Shown one piece after another: positions 42,635 through 52,394 of a stretch of DNA of 64,000 nucleotides (within the stretch, counting starts at the first letter, position 1; every line of letters begins with the position of its first letter). The position numbers and the translations under genes are program-made. The DNA comes from Vulcanimicrobiota bacterium (GTDB lineage Bacteria > Vulcanimicrobiota > Vulcanimicrobiia > Vulcanimicrobiales > Vulcanimicrobiaceae): the NCBI GenBank assembly GCA_963723515.1, contig CAVRQT010000003.1:864001-928000 (forward strand). The letters are read 5' to 3'. The notes under the pieces were generated by a model. The model saw nothing but the letters and a program-made list of their open reading frames with translations, did not search any database and was not told the origin of the DNA.

Positions 42635-44158
42635 GTGTCAGCGCAAGCCGAACAGCCCCGGCGCGATATTTTTCGGTTCTTCGGTACCGAAGCAACCTCG
42701 TCGGCCGGACTAACATCGCTCGTTGTCGTCATCTTGGCCGGTGCAACGATCGGGTTTTTCGGCTGGTATTACGCCGTTCTGCCGTTGCACCACGAACTGC
42801 TCTCCCAGTTCGCTTTGCCGCTCGCCGTCCTCGCCGGCGCAGCAATTGCGATTGCGCTCTGGCAATCGTACGCAATATATTTTTCACGACGAGCCGGCAT
42901 TAAGCTGGAGCGCTCGTTGCAGTACGACGCAATCTCATGGCTCTGCTGGCTCCTATTGTGGCTTTCATTCATCTTACCGCTGCAGCTCACACACAGCGGT
43001 CGAATGATCGCGCTCAGCGGCGCGCTTCTTTGCGCTTGCGAAACTTGCGGTCGCCGTCCGGTTCAATCAGACGGTTCGAGAAGTGCTGACGGACTTCGCC
43101 ATCACGCGGTTTGCCATCGTCGTCATCGCCGAACTTGCAGCGGTCATCATCGGCCAGCGGGCCGGAACGCATGTGGCGGAATCCCGGCATCTGCTGCTTG
43201 CTGTATGGGGACGCTGGGACGCAGTGCACTACATCGATATCGCTACCCAGGGCTATCACGGCACGAATATGGCGTTCTTCCCGCTCTTTCCGCTGCTCAT
43301 CGCGATCGTCGGCTTCTTCACCGGCAATCACCTCATCGCCGGGCTGCTCATTTCCAACGCGGCATTTTTCTTCGCGCTGCTGTACCTCTACAAACTTGTC
43401 GAGCACGAATTCGATCGAACCGTCGCGCGACGTGCGATCTTTTACATCTCTATTTTTCCGACCGCCATCTTCTTCTCGGCCGTATATACCGAGTCGCTAT
43501 TCCTTGCGCTCACCGTTGCATCGTTCTACTACATTCGCGAACGAAAATGGCTTCTCGCGGGCATAATCGGCATGCTCGCCGCCTTGACGCGCGCGGAAGG
43601 CCTACTCCTCGTCATTCCTTACCTCATGGAATGGTTCAACGCGCAGCAGCCCAGCGCGCCGCCTGAGTGGAAGAGGATCGCCGGCCTGGCGCTGATTCCG
43701 TTTGGCCTCTTCCTGTATATGGCGTGGCTGTGGGTGCTCAACGGCGATCCGCTCTATTTTTCGCACGTCCAGATTCATTGGAACCGCCACTTTGCGCCAC
43801 CGTGGGTGAGCGTCACGCATGCGCTTTACGTCATCGCGCACGCAAAGACGGGTCAAGTCGTCGCGAACCAAATTCTCGAGATCACGTTCACGGCGTTGAT
43901 GATCACCGTCTTGATCGCAGGGTGGAAGCAGTTGCGCCTCTCGGCGGCGGTTTACATGGCGCTTTCAATCCTAATTCCGATGTGCACGTCAAGCCTGATG
44001 AGCATGCCGCGGTTTGCGCTCGTCCTCTTCCCGATGTTCACCATTCTGGCGTTATGGGGACGCCGTCCGGCAATCAACAACCTGATCGTTGCGCTTTCGT
44101 TGCCGCTGCTGGGACTCTTCACGGTCTTATTTGCTGACTGGTATTGGGTTGCATATAA
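42635..44158 (+). CDS. PIG-V/GT76-like GT-C mannosyltransferase with extra N-terminal TMs (frameshift near 43037; 3' end uncertain)
   Basis: WD..HY..IA..GY...AFFPLFP, FP...F.SA.YTESLF, R..G, S..R, ends ...ADWYWVA. Confidence 0.8.
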
Positions 44159-44191
44159 CACTCGCTCCGTCGGGTCACGCAACGCCGCGGC

Positions 44192-44578
44192 GTGCGGCAA
44201 TTCGTCAAGTTCGGAGTCGTCGGCGCATCCGGCTTTGTCGTCAATCTCATCGTTTTCACGTTGTTGCAGCGCCTGGTTCCCAACCATGCCGATCCGGTGC
44301 CCTACAGCATCATCTACTCGATTGCATTTCTGGCCGGCGGCGCTTCAAATTACTATTTGAACCGCATCTGGACGTTCCGGTCGGAAGGTCACGCGCTCGT
44401 TGAAGGCGCGCAATTCTTGACCGTCTCAGCGCTCGCACTTGTGGTTGGTTTGATCGTCTCCGCGCTCGTTGCGCCGTATCTCGGCCATGGCCACCGCACA
44501 TGGCTCTTAGCGACGGTCGCCGGCATCTTCGTCAACTTCTTTCTGAACAAGTATTGGACGTTCAAGAACGTCTCCTAG
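44192..44578 (+). CDS. GtrA-family flippase
   Basis: RQFVKFGVVG, NY.LNR.WTF, NF..NK.WTF. Confidence 0.9.
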   Translation: MRQFVKFGVVGASGFVVNLIVFTLLQRLVPNHADPVPYSIIYSIAFLAGGASNYYLNRIWTFRSEGHALVEGAQFLTVSALALVVGLIVSALVAPYLGHGHRTWLLATVAGIFVNFFLNKYWTFKNVS

Positions 44579-44595
44579 TCCTGCGCGGCACCAAC

Positions 44596-46152
44596 GTGCC
44601 CTGGGATACAGTTGTTTGGATGCTCCCGCTTGCGGCGATTCTCTTGCTTGCGCTGATCTTACGGCTGCACGGCCTCCATAATCCGATCTTGGACCATCCG
44701 GGCTGGCGACAAGGCGATGAATCGGCGATCGCGCGCAATTTCGCAACCTTGCAATTCAACCCGCTCTATCCGCAAGTCGATTACGATGGCCCGCCGCCAA
44801 ATTATGTCGAGCTTGAATTGCAAATCGTTCCATTCTTGATGGCGACGCTCTATAAGCTCTTCGGAGTCCATGAAGTCTTTGGCCGATTGATCTCGATCCT
44901 CTGCGGGTTAGGAACGGTCGCGGTGATCGCGTATTTCGGGCGCTGGCTTTTTTCAAGTGCCATCGCGGGTCTGACGGCGGCGCTGCTCTTTGCGATCATG
45001 CCCGGAAGCATCTACTACGGCCGCACAATCACGCCGGAAGGGATCATGCTGCTGGCGCTAACCGCCGGACTCTTTGTCGCGACGCGCTATCTTATTGAAG
45101 ATGAAGCGCTCTCGTGGCGCGGCGCGATTTGGTCCGCCGCGTTGCTAGCGCTGGCATATCTGGCAAAGCCCGTTGCGATCGTTGCGATTTTCCCGTTAGC
45201 TGCGATTGCGATCCGGCGCGCCGTGGAAGCGCGGACGATCCGGTGGCTTCCGCTGGCGCTGCTCTTCATTGCGCCGCTAATCATCTTCTCCGCCTACGAC
45301 GGCTTTGAGTCTGGACATGCGGAGTGGCATTGGGCGAGCGGCATCACATCGCTTCACGTCGTGCCTTCATTAACGAAAGCCCTGACACACTGGGGTTTGT
45401 TCGTGGACAAATGGCATCGTTTCAACGACGTTCTCGGAATGCTCGCGCGCACGATGTTAGGGCCCGCGTGTAGCGCCCTGTTGATCTTGGGATTTCTCTT
45501 TGGCATGCGTCCGCGCTCACCAGAGCTGCTTTGGGGATGGCTGATCGCCGCAATTGTGTATACATATGTCGTCGTGACCGTCGAGCGAGTCGATTACTAT
45601 CTCTACCTCTGGCTGCCGCTTGGCGCTCTTGCGGGCGCAAGTTTCATCACGCGGCTCGTTATGGCAATCGCGCGAACACCGTCGCGTGCGCTCCAATATG
45701 GCGCGCTCGCCTTTGGCACACTTGCGCTTGTCGGCGTCACCTATCAAAACCGGCAAGAGATTCGACCGTACTACCGATTCAGCAAGGCGGTGTACCGGAA
45801 TGCGACTGCGCTCAACCGCACCTTAGATCCTAACGCGCTCATCGTCATGGGGCATTACGATCCGTCGGTCTTGTATTATATCAATCGCAAGGGCTGGGAA
45901 GAGGACCCGTACCTTTGGACGCCGTTCGATCAGCAGAGTGCGATTCGTAAAGGTGCACGCTACTTTATCGCCATCGAGCGCAACCGCTTCGAAAAGAACG
46001 TTGAGCTCTACAATTGGATGCAGCGCTTTCCGGTCATCAACGCACAAGCGAAGTGGCCGGTGTATGTGACCGACTACTCCAAGGTGCTCCCGGGTGCGGA
46101 AGCGCGCTGGCGCGCATTTCGGCGGGCGGAAAAAGCCGGCGAACTCAAGTAG
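44596..46152 (+). CDS. ArnT/PMT-like GT-C glycosyltransferase
   Basis: LR, WRQ.DE..IARNF, E....P, GRL, LAK; many TM helices. Start uncertain. Confidence 0.8.
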   Translation: MPWDTVVWMLPLAAILLLALILRLHGLHNPILDHPGWRQGDESAIARNFATLQFNPLYPQVDYDGPPPNYVELELQIVPFLMATLYKLFGVHEVFGRLISILCGLGTVAVIAYFGRWLFSSAIAGLTAALLFAIMPGSIYYGRTITPEGIMLLALTAGLFVATRYLIEDEALSWRGAIWSAALLALAYLAKPVAIVAIFPLAAIAIRRAVEARTIRWLPLALLFIAPLIIFSAYDGFESGHAEWHWASGITSLHVVPSLTKALTHWGLFVDKWHRFNDVLGMLARTMLGPACSALLILGFLFGMRPRSPELLWGWLIAAIVYTYVVVTVERVDYYLYLWLPLGALAGASFITRLVMAIARTPSRALQYGALAFGTLALVGVTYQNRQEIRPYYRFSKAVYRNATALNRTLDPNALIVMGHYDPSVLYYINRKGWEEDPYLWTPFDQQSAIRKGARYFIAIERNRFEKNVELYNWMQRFPVINAQAKWPVYVTDYSKVLPGAEARWRAFRRAEKAGELK

Positions 46153-46217
46153 CGCTTGAATGTTTTCGGCGGCTCCTAAAATTTAGGGCGAGGGGAGCGA
46201 TCGCGGCAAGAGCAGCC

Positions 46218-46622
46218 CTAGTGGTGCGCAGGCACCATCCACACCGTTCCGCCGGCCCACTGAACCCGCACAGGCATGCAGACCGACGTTTTCGCTCCGG
46301 CGTAAACCACATCGTTGTAAAGTGGCAACGTGTGATTGATCGTCGCATGAGGTGCAAAAGACCCAACGTCGGTTGTCCGGCGAAGGTAATTGTGTTCTGC
46401 ATTCCGATAGCCAACCGCAAACGTGACGCTCTCTGCGGTGCGCGATCCAAGATTTGTATAGGTGATCTGTGTCCCGCCGGCCATGCGGCTGAACGGCTTA
46501 GGCTTGCCAACCGAACAGCTTTTGACATGAATTGGGGCTTGTGCGGCCGCAACTGCGACCGGCAGGCTAGCCACCACGGCGACCGCAGCGCACACAACCG
46601 TCAACCGGCTAAAAATATACAT
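46218..46622 (-). CDS. small secreted hypothetical protein with two Cys
   Basis: AGGAG Shine-Dalgarno, signal peptide, PI.V..C...D.G.FAP.A.I.H...C....V.W..G..W. Confidence 0.75.
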   Translation of the reverse strand: MYIFSRLTVVCAAVAVVASLPVAVAAAQAPIHVKSCSVGKPKPFSRMAGGTQITYTNLGSRTAESVTFAVGYRNAEHNYLRRTTDVGSFAPHATINHTLPLYNDVVYAGAKTSVCMPVRVQWAGGTVWMVPAHH

Positions 46623-46701
46623 AGCGACTCCTAAAAAAAAGAAAGACGTCGTCAGCTTTCCGGCGCTTGTTAACAACTCCTGGGCGAAAGCGAGGAACCG
46701 T

Positions 46702-47364
46702 TCAAGGCAACGGCAATAGTGACATCGGGCGAGCCGTTCCCGGTTCTTCAGCCGCAGCGGCGCCCGGCACGCCTTGCTCGAGCACCTGGCGATAGGCGAT
46801 CAAACGGTTCGTATTGCGCGCGACTTCGAGATTGAGTTCGTACGATTGCCGGATCGCACTCGTCAATTCCGTGACGTTAAAATTGTAGTTGAACTTGTTC
46901 AAGCTCGCGATGATCTTCTGGTTCATGAGCTTGAGCGCCAGGTAGGAGTGCGTAATTTGGGATCCCGTCTCTTTGAAGGTCGGATAGTTCGAGACGATGA
47001 TCTCCCGCTTGATCTTCGCCGCTTCGACCTCCGAGCGCAGCTCTTGGAGCCGAACGTTCTGCGGATCGTACTTTGCGGCGCCTGAGAGCGTAACGAGCGC
47101 GTCGTCGAGCCGGCCCGCTTTGAACTGATCGTCTGCGATGTCGGCCGCGACGAGCGAAAAGCCGGTTCGTGCGCGCTGATCGCTTGGATCGATCTTGAGC
47201 GCGAGCCGATACGCCAGCTGGGCCTCCGAAAGACTGCCTTGCTGCAACGCCGCATCGCCCTGATGTACGCGAGTGTCGACGATCCATTGCTCGATCGGCC
47301 CCGCGCAACCGCTCAACGTGACCGAAACAAATAGCGCAAGCGCCACTTTCTTGACGTTCATCAT
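46702..47364 (-). CDS. TPR-containing lipoprotein
   Basis: LSGC lipobox; A...Y..AL..DP.D..A and A..YDP.N repeats. Confidence 0.75.
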   Translation of the reverse strand: MMNVKKVALALFVSVTLSGCAGPIEQWIVDTRVHQGDAALQQGSLSEAQLAYRLALKIDPSDQRARTGFSLVAADIADDQFKAGRLDDALVTLSGAAKYDPQNVRLQELRSEVEAAKIKREIIVSNYPTFKETGSQITHSYLALKLMNQKIIASLNKFNYNFNVTELTSAIRQSYELNLEVARNTNRLIAYRQVLEQGVPGAAAAEEPGTARPMSLLPLP

Positions 47365-47371
47365 CTGTTAA

Positions 47372-48340
47372 CTACCTGCTGTGGTTGACTAGGTGCGCCA
47401 CGAAGGCGATTACTTCCGCCGCCGGCACGAGAATCAGTTGGCAGAGAATCCAGCCAATGATGGCCGTCAGCGCGAGGTAGAAGACCATCGCCTTGACGTC
47501 GCGCTGCGGCCGCTCTCCTTTGACCGCTTCATCAACGATGATCGACGACGTTGGATCGACGAAGAGCGTAAACGCAATCGTTCCGATCCCGTTGATGATG
47601 CCGGAGATTCCGATCGCGGTGCGAGCCACGTTGACGTCAATCACGCTCGCATAATACGCGGCCACGACGCCGATTGCATAGATGCCGGTGACGACGACAT
47701 TGAAGATCAGCAGGCGCTTGGGAACCTCGCGCGCCGAGAAACTCAGCAGCTCGCTGAGAGCGGGCCAGCGCAGATGGCGCAGCAGATCGACAATGACGCG
47801 TGGGTCGAAAAGACGTACCAGCGAATGCGGCACCGACTTCGTGCGTTCGAACGATCGGACACCGCGCACGTAGAGCTCGGTAAACATCGGCAGCATCAGG
47901 CTCCCCAAGATCGTGCCGACGAGACCGGCCAGCACGATCGCGCGCAGTTGCCAATCAAACGTATGGCGGATTTGCGCGATGGGCGCGCTTGCGCCAGCGG
48001 CATTCGTATGGAGCGTGATGACGCGAATCGCATTTCCCGCGCGGTCCGATAACGGTCCCAGCATCAGCGTATAGACGAGCGTTGCGAGACGGCTCGCGGT
48101 GACGAACAAATTGAAGAGCGCGATCGAGGTCGCGATTCTTCCCGTGCGTACTCCGGCAAGCCGCGCCGCATACGCTCCGATTTGGATCGCTTGCACGACG
48201 ACGTTGATCGCCAGCGCGACGCCGAGTTGCCAAGTCCAGAACGGGATCAGAGGAGATTCCGAATGAGCCGGCGTGTCTGCGCGTCGCGACGATTTTTCGC
48301 CACTTCTAGGAACGAGGACGGACGCAATGCCAGAGCGCAT
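47372..48340 (-). CDS. amj: lipid II flippase Amj (DUF2837) family
   Basis: AY.ARLAG.RT..IA....LFN....SR, SG.INGI.TI...LF.DP, Q....PAA. Start uncertain. Confidence 0.8.
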   Translation of the reverse strand: MRSGIASVLVPRSGEKSSRRADTPAHSESPLIPFWTWQLGVALAINVVVQAIQIGAYAARLAGVRTGRIATSIALFNLFVTASRLATLVYTLMLGPLSDRAGNAIRVITLHTNAAGASAPIAQIRHTFDWQLRAIVLAGLVGTILGSLMLPMFTELYVRGVRSFERTKSVPHSLVRLFDPRVIVDLLRHLRWPALSELLSFSAREVPKRLLIFNVVVTGIYAIGVVAAYYASVIDVNVARTAIGISGIINGIGTIAFTLFVDPTSSIIVDEAVKGERPQRDVKAMVFYLALTAIIGWILCQLILVPAAEVIAFVAHLVNHSR

Positions 48341-48418
48341 TGTGGCCGCCGCAGTAACGACGAAGTGGCGGAAAAGCGCGCGGCGATCGGGCGCGTACGG
48401 TTCGTTCGGAAGCTCCTA

Positions 48419-49675
48419 CTATGCGGCGCTGCGATTAAAGTCCAGCTGCGCTTCGTCGACCGGCCCGAGTACGCATAAGCCCAATTGGTCTTCGCGCAGC
48501 AGTTCGTTCGCCAGCATCTGAATCTCATCGGAACTGACGGCTTCGATACGGCTCTCGATTTCTTCGGTGGTCAGGTTGCGGCCGAGTGAGAACTCACTGC
48601 GTCCAAGGCGGATCATTCGGCTCGAAGTGCTCTCGAGCGAAAGCGTAAGGTTACCCTTGATGTGTTCTTTTGCGAGGCGAAGCTCATCTTCGCCGACCTT
48701 CTTGTCGCGTAATTTTGCGAGTTGATCGCGCACGACGCTGATGCATTCGCGCACGTTGCCGGGCGAGGTTCCTGCATAGACGGCAAAAAGCCCGGCGCCG
48801 CGATAAGCCGCCTGAAACGAGTAAACGGTGTATACTAAACCGCGCTTTTCACGGATCTCCTGAAAGAGCCGGCTCGACATGCCACCACCTAGAATTGTAT
48901 CCATAACGGAAAGCGCGTACCGGCGCTCGTCTCGGACCGAAAGGCCGCGCGTTCCGAGAACAAGGTGTGCTTGCTCGCTATCCTTCGTCCGAAAGAGCGT
49001 CGAGGGCGTCGTCGTCGGATCTTCAGGCTCGGGCAAGTCGCATTGCCCTTTGAATTCGACAAACGCGGAGCCGAAGAGTTCGACAATTTCCGCGTGTTTG
49101 ACATGGCCGGCGGCGGCGACGACGACCGAGTTGGGAGCGTAGCGCCGGCGCATGTGTTCCTTCAGATTGTCGCGCGTCAGCGACGTCACCGTGTCGGCAA
49201 AACCGATCGTCGGCGCGCCGAGGCTCGAATCGCTCCACATCGTCTGGATGAAGAGATCGTGGATCAGCTCATCGGGCGAGTCGTCGTACATCTTGATCTC
49301 TTCCAAGATGACGCGCTGCTCTTTTTGCAGTTCGGTTGCGTCGAAGGTCGAATGCAAGAACATATCGGTCAGCACGTCGACCGCTAGGGGAACGTGGTGG
49401 TCGATCACCTTCGCGTAATAGCACGTTGTCTCTTTATCGGTGAAGGCGTTCAGATTGCCGCCGACGCCGTCCATTTCTTCGGCGATCACGCGAGCGCTGC
49501 GACGCTTCGTGCCTTTGAAGAGCATATGCTCGACGAGGTGCGAGATGCCGCGCTCCTGTGCGCTTTCAACGGCCGAACCAACATCCGCCCAGATGCCGAT
49601 TGCTGCGGAGCGAACGTGCGGCATCGTCTCCGTTATAATGCGGACGCCGTTCTCCAGAGTCGTTTTACGGTACAT
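48419..49675 (-). CDS. M16 (pitrilysin-family) zinc peptidase
   Basis: HLVEH (HxxEH), LNAFT, GGGMSSRLFQEIREKRGL.Y. Confidence 0.95.
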   Translation of the reverse strand: MYRKTTLENGVRIITETMPHVRSAAIGIWADVGSAVESAQERGISHLVEHMLFKGTKRRSARVIAEEMDGVGGNLNAFTDKETTCYYAKVIDHHVPLAVDVLTDMFLHSTFDATELQKEQRVILEEIKMYDDSPDELIHDLFIQTMWSDSSLGAPTIGFADTVTSLTRDNLKEHMRRRYAPNSVVVAAAGHVKHAEIVELFGSAFVEFKGQCDLPEPEDPTTTPSTLFRTKDSEQAHLVLGTRGLSVRDERRYALSVMDTILGGGMSSRLFQEIREKRGLVYTVYSFQAAYRGAGLFAVYAGTSPGNVRECISVVRDQLAKLRDKKVGEDELRLAKEHIKGNLTLSLESTSSRMIRLGRSEFSLGRNLTTEEIESRIEAVSSDEIQMLANELLREDQLGLCVLGPVDEAQLDFNRSAA

Positions 49676-49686
49676 CGAGGTTGACT

Positions 49687-50238
49687 TCAGATTGGCGGAA
49701 CCGCAGAATGCCCCTTTGATTGGTCGCGCAAGGCATCGCGCGCCCAACTTGCATCCCAATACATCGCGCTGCTCGCCGGCGGGCGGTCTTCCCGACGCAC
49801 CGTCACTGAAAAGACGGTTCGTTCGGTCGGCTGCGCAAGGTCACCAGAAACGACTGCGCCTTTGCCGACGCTCAGCGGTACGACGCACCACAGATCGACT
49901 TCCTCAACGGGCGCAGCATCGAACGCTTGCGTGACGATCGCGGACACTTCGTTCAAGAAGAGCGCTCGCGTGAGGGGTCGATGGAACTTCACGCCGGAGA
50001 GCACGATGCCGGCAATTTGATGTGATCCGGAGCCATCGACGTAAATTCGCAGGATTTGCGCCTCCCAGCGCCGCTCGAAGAGTCGCTCACCGATTCGCAC
50101 CGCAGTGTCTTTTCTCGTACCGAATGCCCGCGCGTGCGCGTTGACGACATTGAGTGCCGGCGTCTGCGCTGATGCGCTTTGCATGGCGACGCCTAGCGAC
50201 AACGCGAGAAGAACGAGCGCACTAATACGTCTGGGCAA
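49687..50238 (-). CDS. secreted hypothetical protein
   Basis: Signal peptide (ASA-Q); overlaps the proS stop; fills the operon gap. Confidence 0.65.
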   Translation of the reverse strand: MPRRISALVLLALSLGVAMQSASAQTPALNVVNAHARAFGTRKDTAVRIGERLFERRWEAQILRIYVDGSGSHQIAGIVLSGVKFHRPLTRALFLNEVSAIVTQAFDAAPVEEVDLWCVVPLSVGKGAVVSGDLAQPTERTVFSVTVRREDRPPASSAMYWDASWARDALRDQSKGHSAVPPI

Positions 50239-51685
50239 AATACGCTTGAACGGTCGCCGGCTCGCCGCATGCGACGCACGTTGCAGCGGGTTCGCGCAGT
50301 TCTCGTAACACTCGCGTCGTTGCGCTTGTGCGCGCTTTTACGCCGGCTTCGCATTCCGGCCGGTTGCAAAACGGAATGTCCACCATTCCGGCGCGCGACT
50401 CGCACAACTTGAAAAACTCGTCGCGATCGCTTACGACATAGGTGTGCGCGTCGAGAAAGGCTTTGGCTTGCGCATGCAGCGAGCGCTGAACGTCGAGGAG
50501 CATTTCACGAAGCCGCGGCGCAAGCTCCGAACGCGAGACGGAGACCTTCGCGCCGGCTTCTCCCTTTGTCTTATCGCGACGCACGAGCGTAACGCTCTGC
50601 GCCTGAACGTCGCGCGGACCAATTTCGAGCCGCACCGGTACGCCCCGCATCTCCCATTCACTGTACTTCCAGCCTGGCGTGTAATCACGGTCATCGAGCC
50701 GTATCCGAAAATCGGCGCGCAGTTCACGCGCAACTTCGCGCGCCTGGGCGAGCACTTCTGTATCGCTTCCTTTGATGATCGGCACGATAACGGTTTCGAT
50801 CGGCGCTAGCTGAGGCGGCACGCGCAGCCCGCGGTCATCTCCGTGCACCATGATCATACCGCCGAGCATCCGCCACGACATGCCCCACGATGTCGTATAA
50901 ACGTGCTTGACGGATTGATCCACATCCGCGAACTTGATGTCGTACGCCTTCGAAAAATTTTGCCCCAAATCGTGTGAGGTGGCCGACTGCAACGCTTTCC
51001 CGTCCGGCATCAACGCTTCGATCGCGAACGTTTCAACCGCCCCCGGGAAACGCTCGGATGCGCTCTTTCGCCCGGCATAGACGGGCACGCCGACGACATC
51101 TTCCGCAACTTCGCGATAGACCTCAAGCATTCGCAGCGTTTCTTCGCGTGCTTCAGCAGCGGTGGCGTGCGCCGTGTGCCCTTCTTGCCAGAGGAACTCC
51201 ATCGTGCGCAGGAACGGGCGCGTGGCCTTCTCCCAGCGCACCACATTTGCCCATTGGTTGATCAACACCGGAAGGTCGCGGTGCGATTGAATCCACTTCG
51301 CGTACATCACGCCGATGATCACTTCCGATGTCGGGCGGATCGCCAGCCGCTCGGTGAGTTTCTCTTGGCCGCCTTGCGTCACCCAAGCCACTTCCGGCGC
51401 AAAACCTTCAACGTGCTCTGCTTCTTTAACGAGCAGATGCTCCGGAATCAGCAGTGGAAAGTATGCATTTTCATGGCCCGTCGCTTTAAAGCGTTGATCG
51501 AGCGCTTTCTGCAAATTTTCCCAAATGCCGAATCCGTATGGCCGAAGAACGACGCAGCCGCGCACGGGCGAATACGAAACGAGCTCGGCTTTGAGCGTCA
51601 CTGCCGTGTACCAAGCCGACAGATCCGCCGCTTTCGGCGGAATTTCGGTAACGAGCGGCTCGAGTTGCTCTAAGCTCTCGGACAT
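50222..51685 (-). CDS. proS: proline--tRNA ligase (eukaryote/archaea-like type)
   Basis: HVEGFAPE, RPTSE, NQW.NVVRWE, EFLWQEGHT, TSWG.S.R; Cys-rich C-terminus ending in Tyr. Confidence 0.97.
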   Translation of the reverse strand: MSESLEQLEPLVTEIPPKAADLSAWYTAVTLKAELVSYSPVRGCVVLRPYGFGIWENLQKALDQRFKATGHENAYFPLLIPEHLLVKEAEHVEGFAPEVAWVTQGGQEKLTERLAIRPTSEVIIGVMYAKWIQSHRDLPVLINQWANVVRWEKATRPFLRTMEFLWQEGHTAHATAAEAREETLRMLEVYREVAEDVVGVPVYAGRKSASERFPGAVETFAIEALMPDGKALQSATSHDLGQNFSKAYDIKFADVDQSVKHVYTTSWGMSWRMLGGMIMVHGDDRGLRVPPQLAPIETVIVPIIKGSDTEVLAQAREVARELRADFRIRLDDRDYTPGWKYSEWEMRGVPVRLEIGPRDVQAQSVTLVRRDKTKGEAGAKVSVSRSELAPRLREMLLDVQRSLHAQAKAFLDAHTYVVSDRDEFFKLCESRAGMVDIPFCNRPECEAGVKARTSATTRVLRELREPAATCVACGEPATVQAYFAQTY

Positions 51686-51754
51686 GACCGCCGTCCATTA
51701 GCCCGCTCGCGCTGATGGGCCTGCCGCTGTGCTATGTTGAACGGAGATCGCAGT

Positions 51755-52351
51755 ATGCCGAAGTTGACTCGTATCTACACGCGTACCGGCGACGAAGGCA
51801 CGACGGGATTAATCGGCGGTGGTCGCGTGAAAAAAAACGACTTGCGCATCGCCGCGTATGGAACGGTCGACGAATGCTCGAGCGCAATCGGGCTTGCACG
51901 AACGGCGCTGCGCGAAACGCGCACGACCGATTCGCGCGCCGGTCGATTGGATCGATGGCTCGCATGGACGCAAGACGCGCTTTTCAATCTTGGTTCGGAT
52001 CTCGCTACGCCCGTTGAAAAACGCTGGGAAGGCATGCCGCTTACAAGCGCCGGCGATGTCAAAGCGCTCGAGCGTGCGATCGATGAAGCACAAAATGATC
52101 TGCCGCCGCTCGACAACTTTATCCATCCCGGCGGCAGTTATGCCGGCGCGTTCTTGCATCTTGCACGGACGATTTGCCGGCGCGCAGAGCGCATTCTCGT
52201 TACGCTTTCCGAGAAAGATACGATTGCGCCGGAAGTGATGCAATACGTGAACCGTCTCTCCGATGCGCTCTTTGTCTGGGCGCGCTGGGTCAATACGGTG
52301 CTCGGCGAACCGGAATATCTCTGGAATCCAGAGACGAAGCCGCCGGAGTAA
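51755..52351 (+). CDS. PduO-type cob(I)alamin adenosyltransferase
   Basis: IYTRTGD.G.T, AYGTVDE, ARTICRRAER, NRLSDALF..AR. Confidence 0.95.
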   Translation: MPKLTRIYTRTGDEGTTGLIGGGRVKKNDLRIAAYGTVDECSSAIGLARTALRETRTTDSRAGRLDRWLAWTQDALFNLGSDLATPVEKRWEGMPLTSAGDVKALERAIDEAQNDLPPLDNFIHPGGSYAGAFLHLARTICRRAERILVTLSEKDTIAPEVMQYVNRLSDALFVWARWVNTVLGEPEYLWNPETKPPE

Positions 52352-52394
52352 AAGCCGGTAGGGCGGCTATGATGCTTCTGCGAACGCACGCCTG

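Noticed and set aside
44150..44360. C-terminal extension of the PIG-V-like ORF over gtrA
   Set aside because: The protein-like sequence ends at WYWVA; the extension reads as out-of-frame gtrA and probably reflects an indel near 44155.
50222..51685. Horizontal transfer of a eukaryote-like ProRS
   Set aside because: This ProRS type is widespread in bacteria and its composition looks like that of its neighbours.
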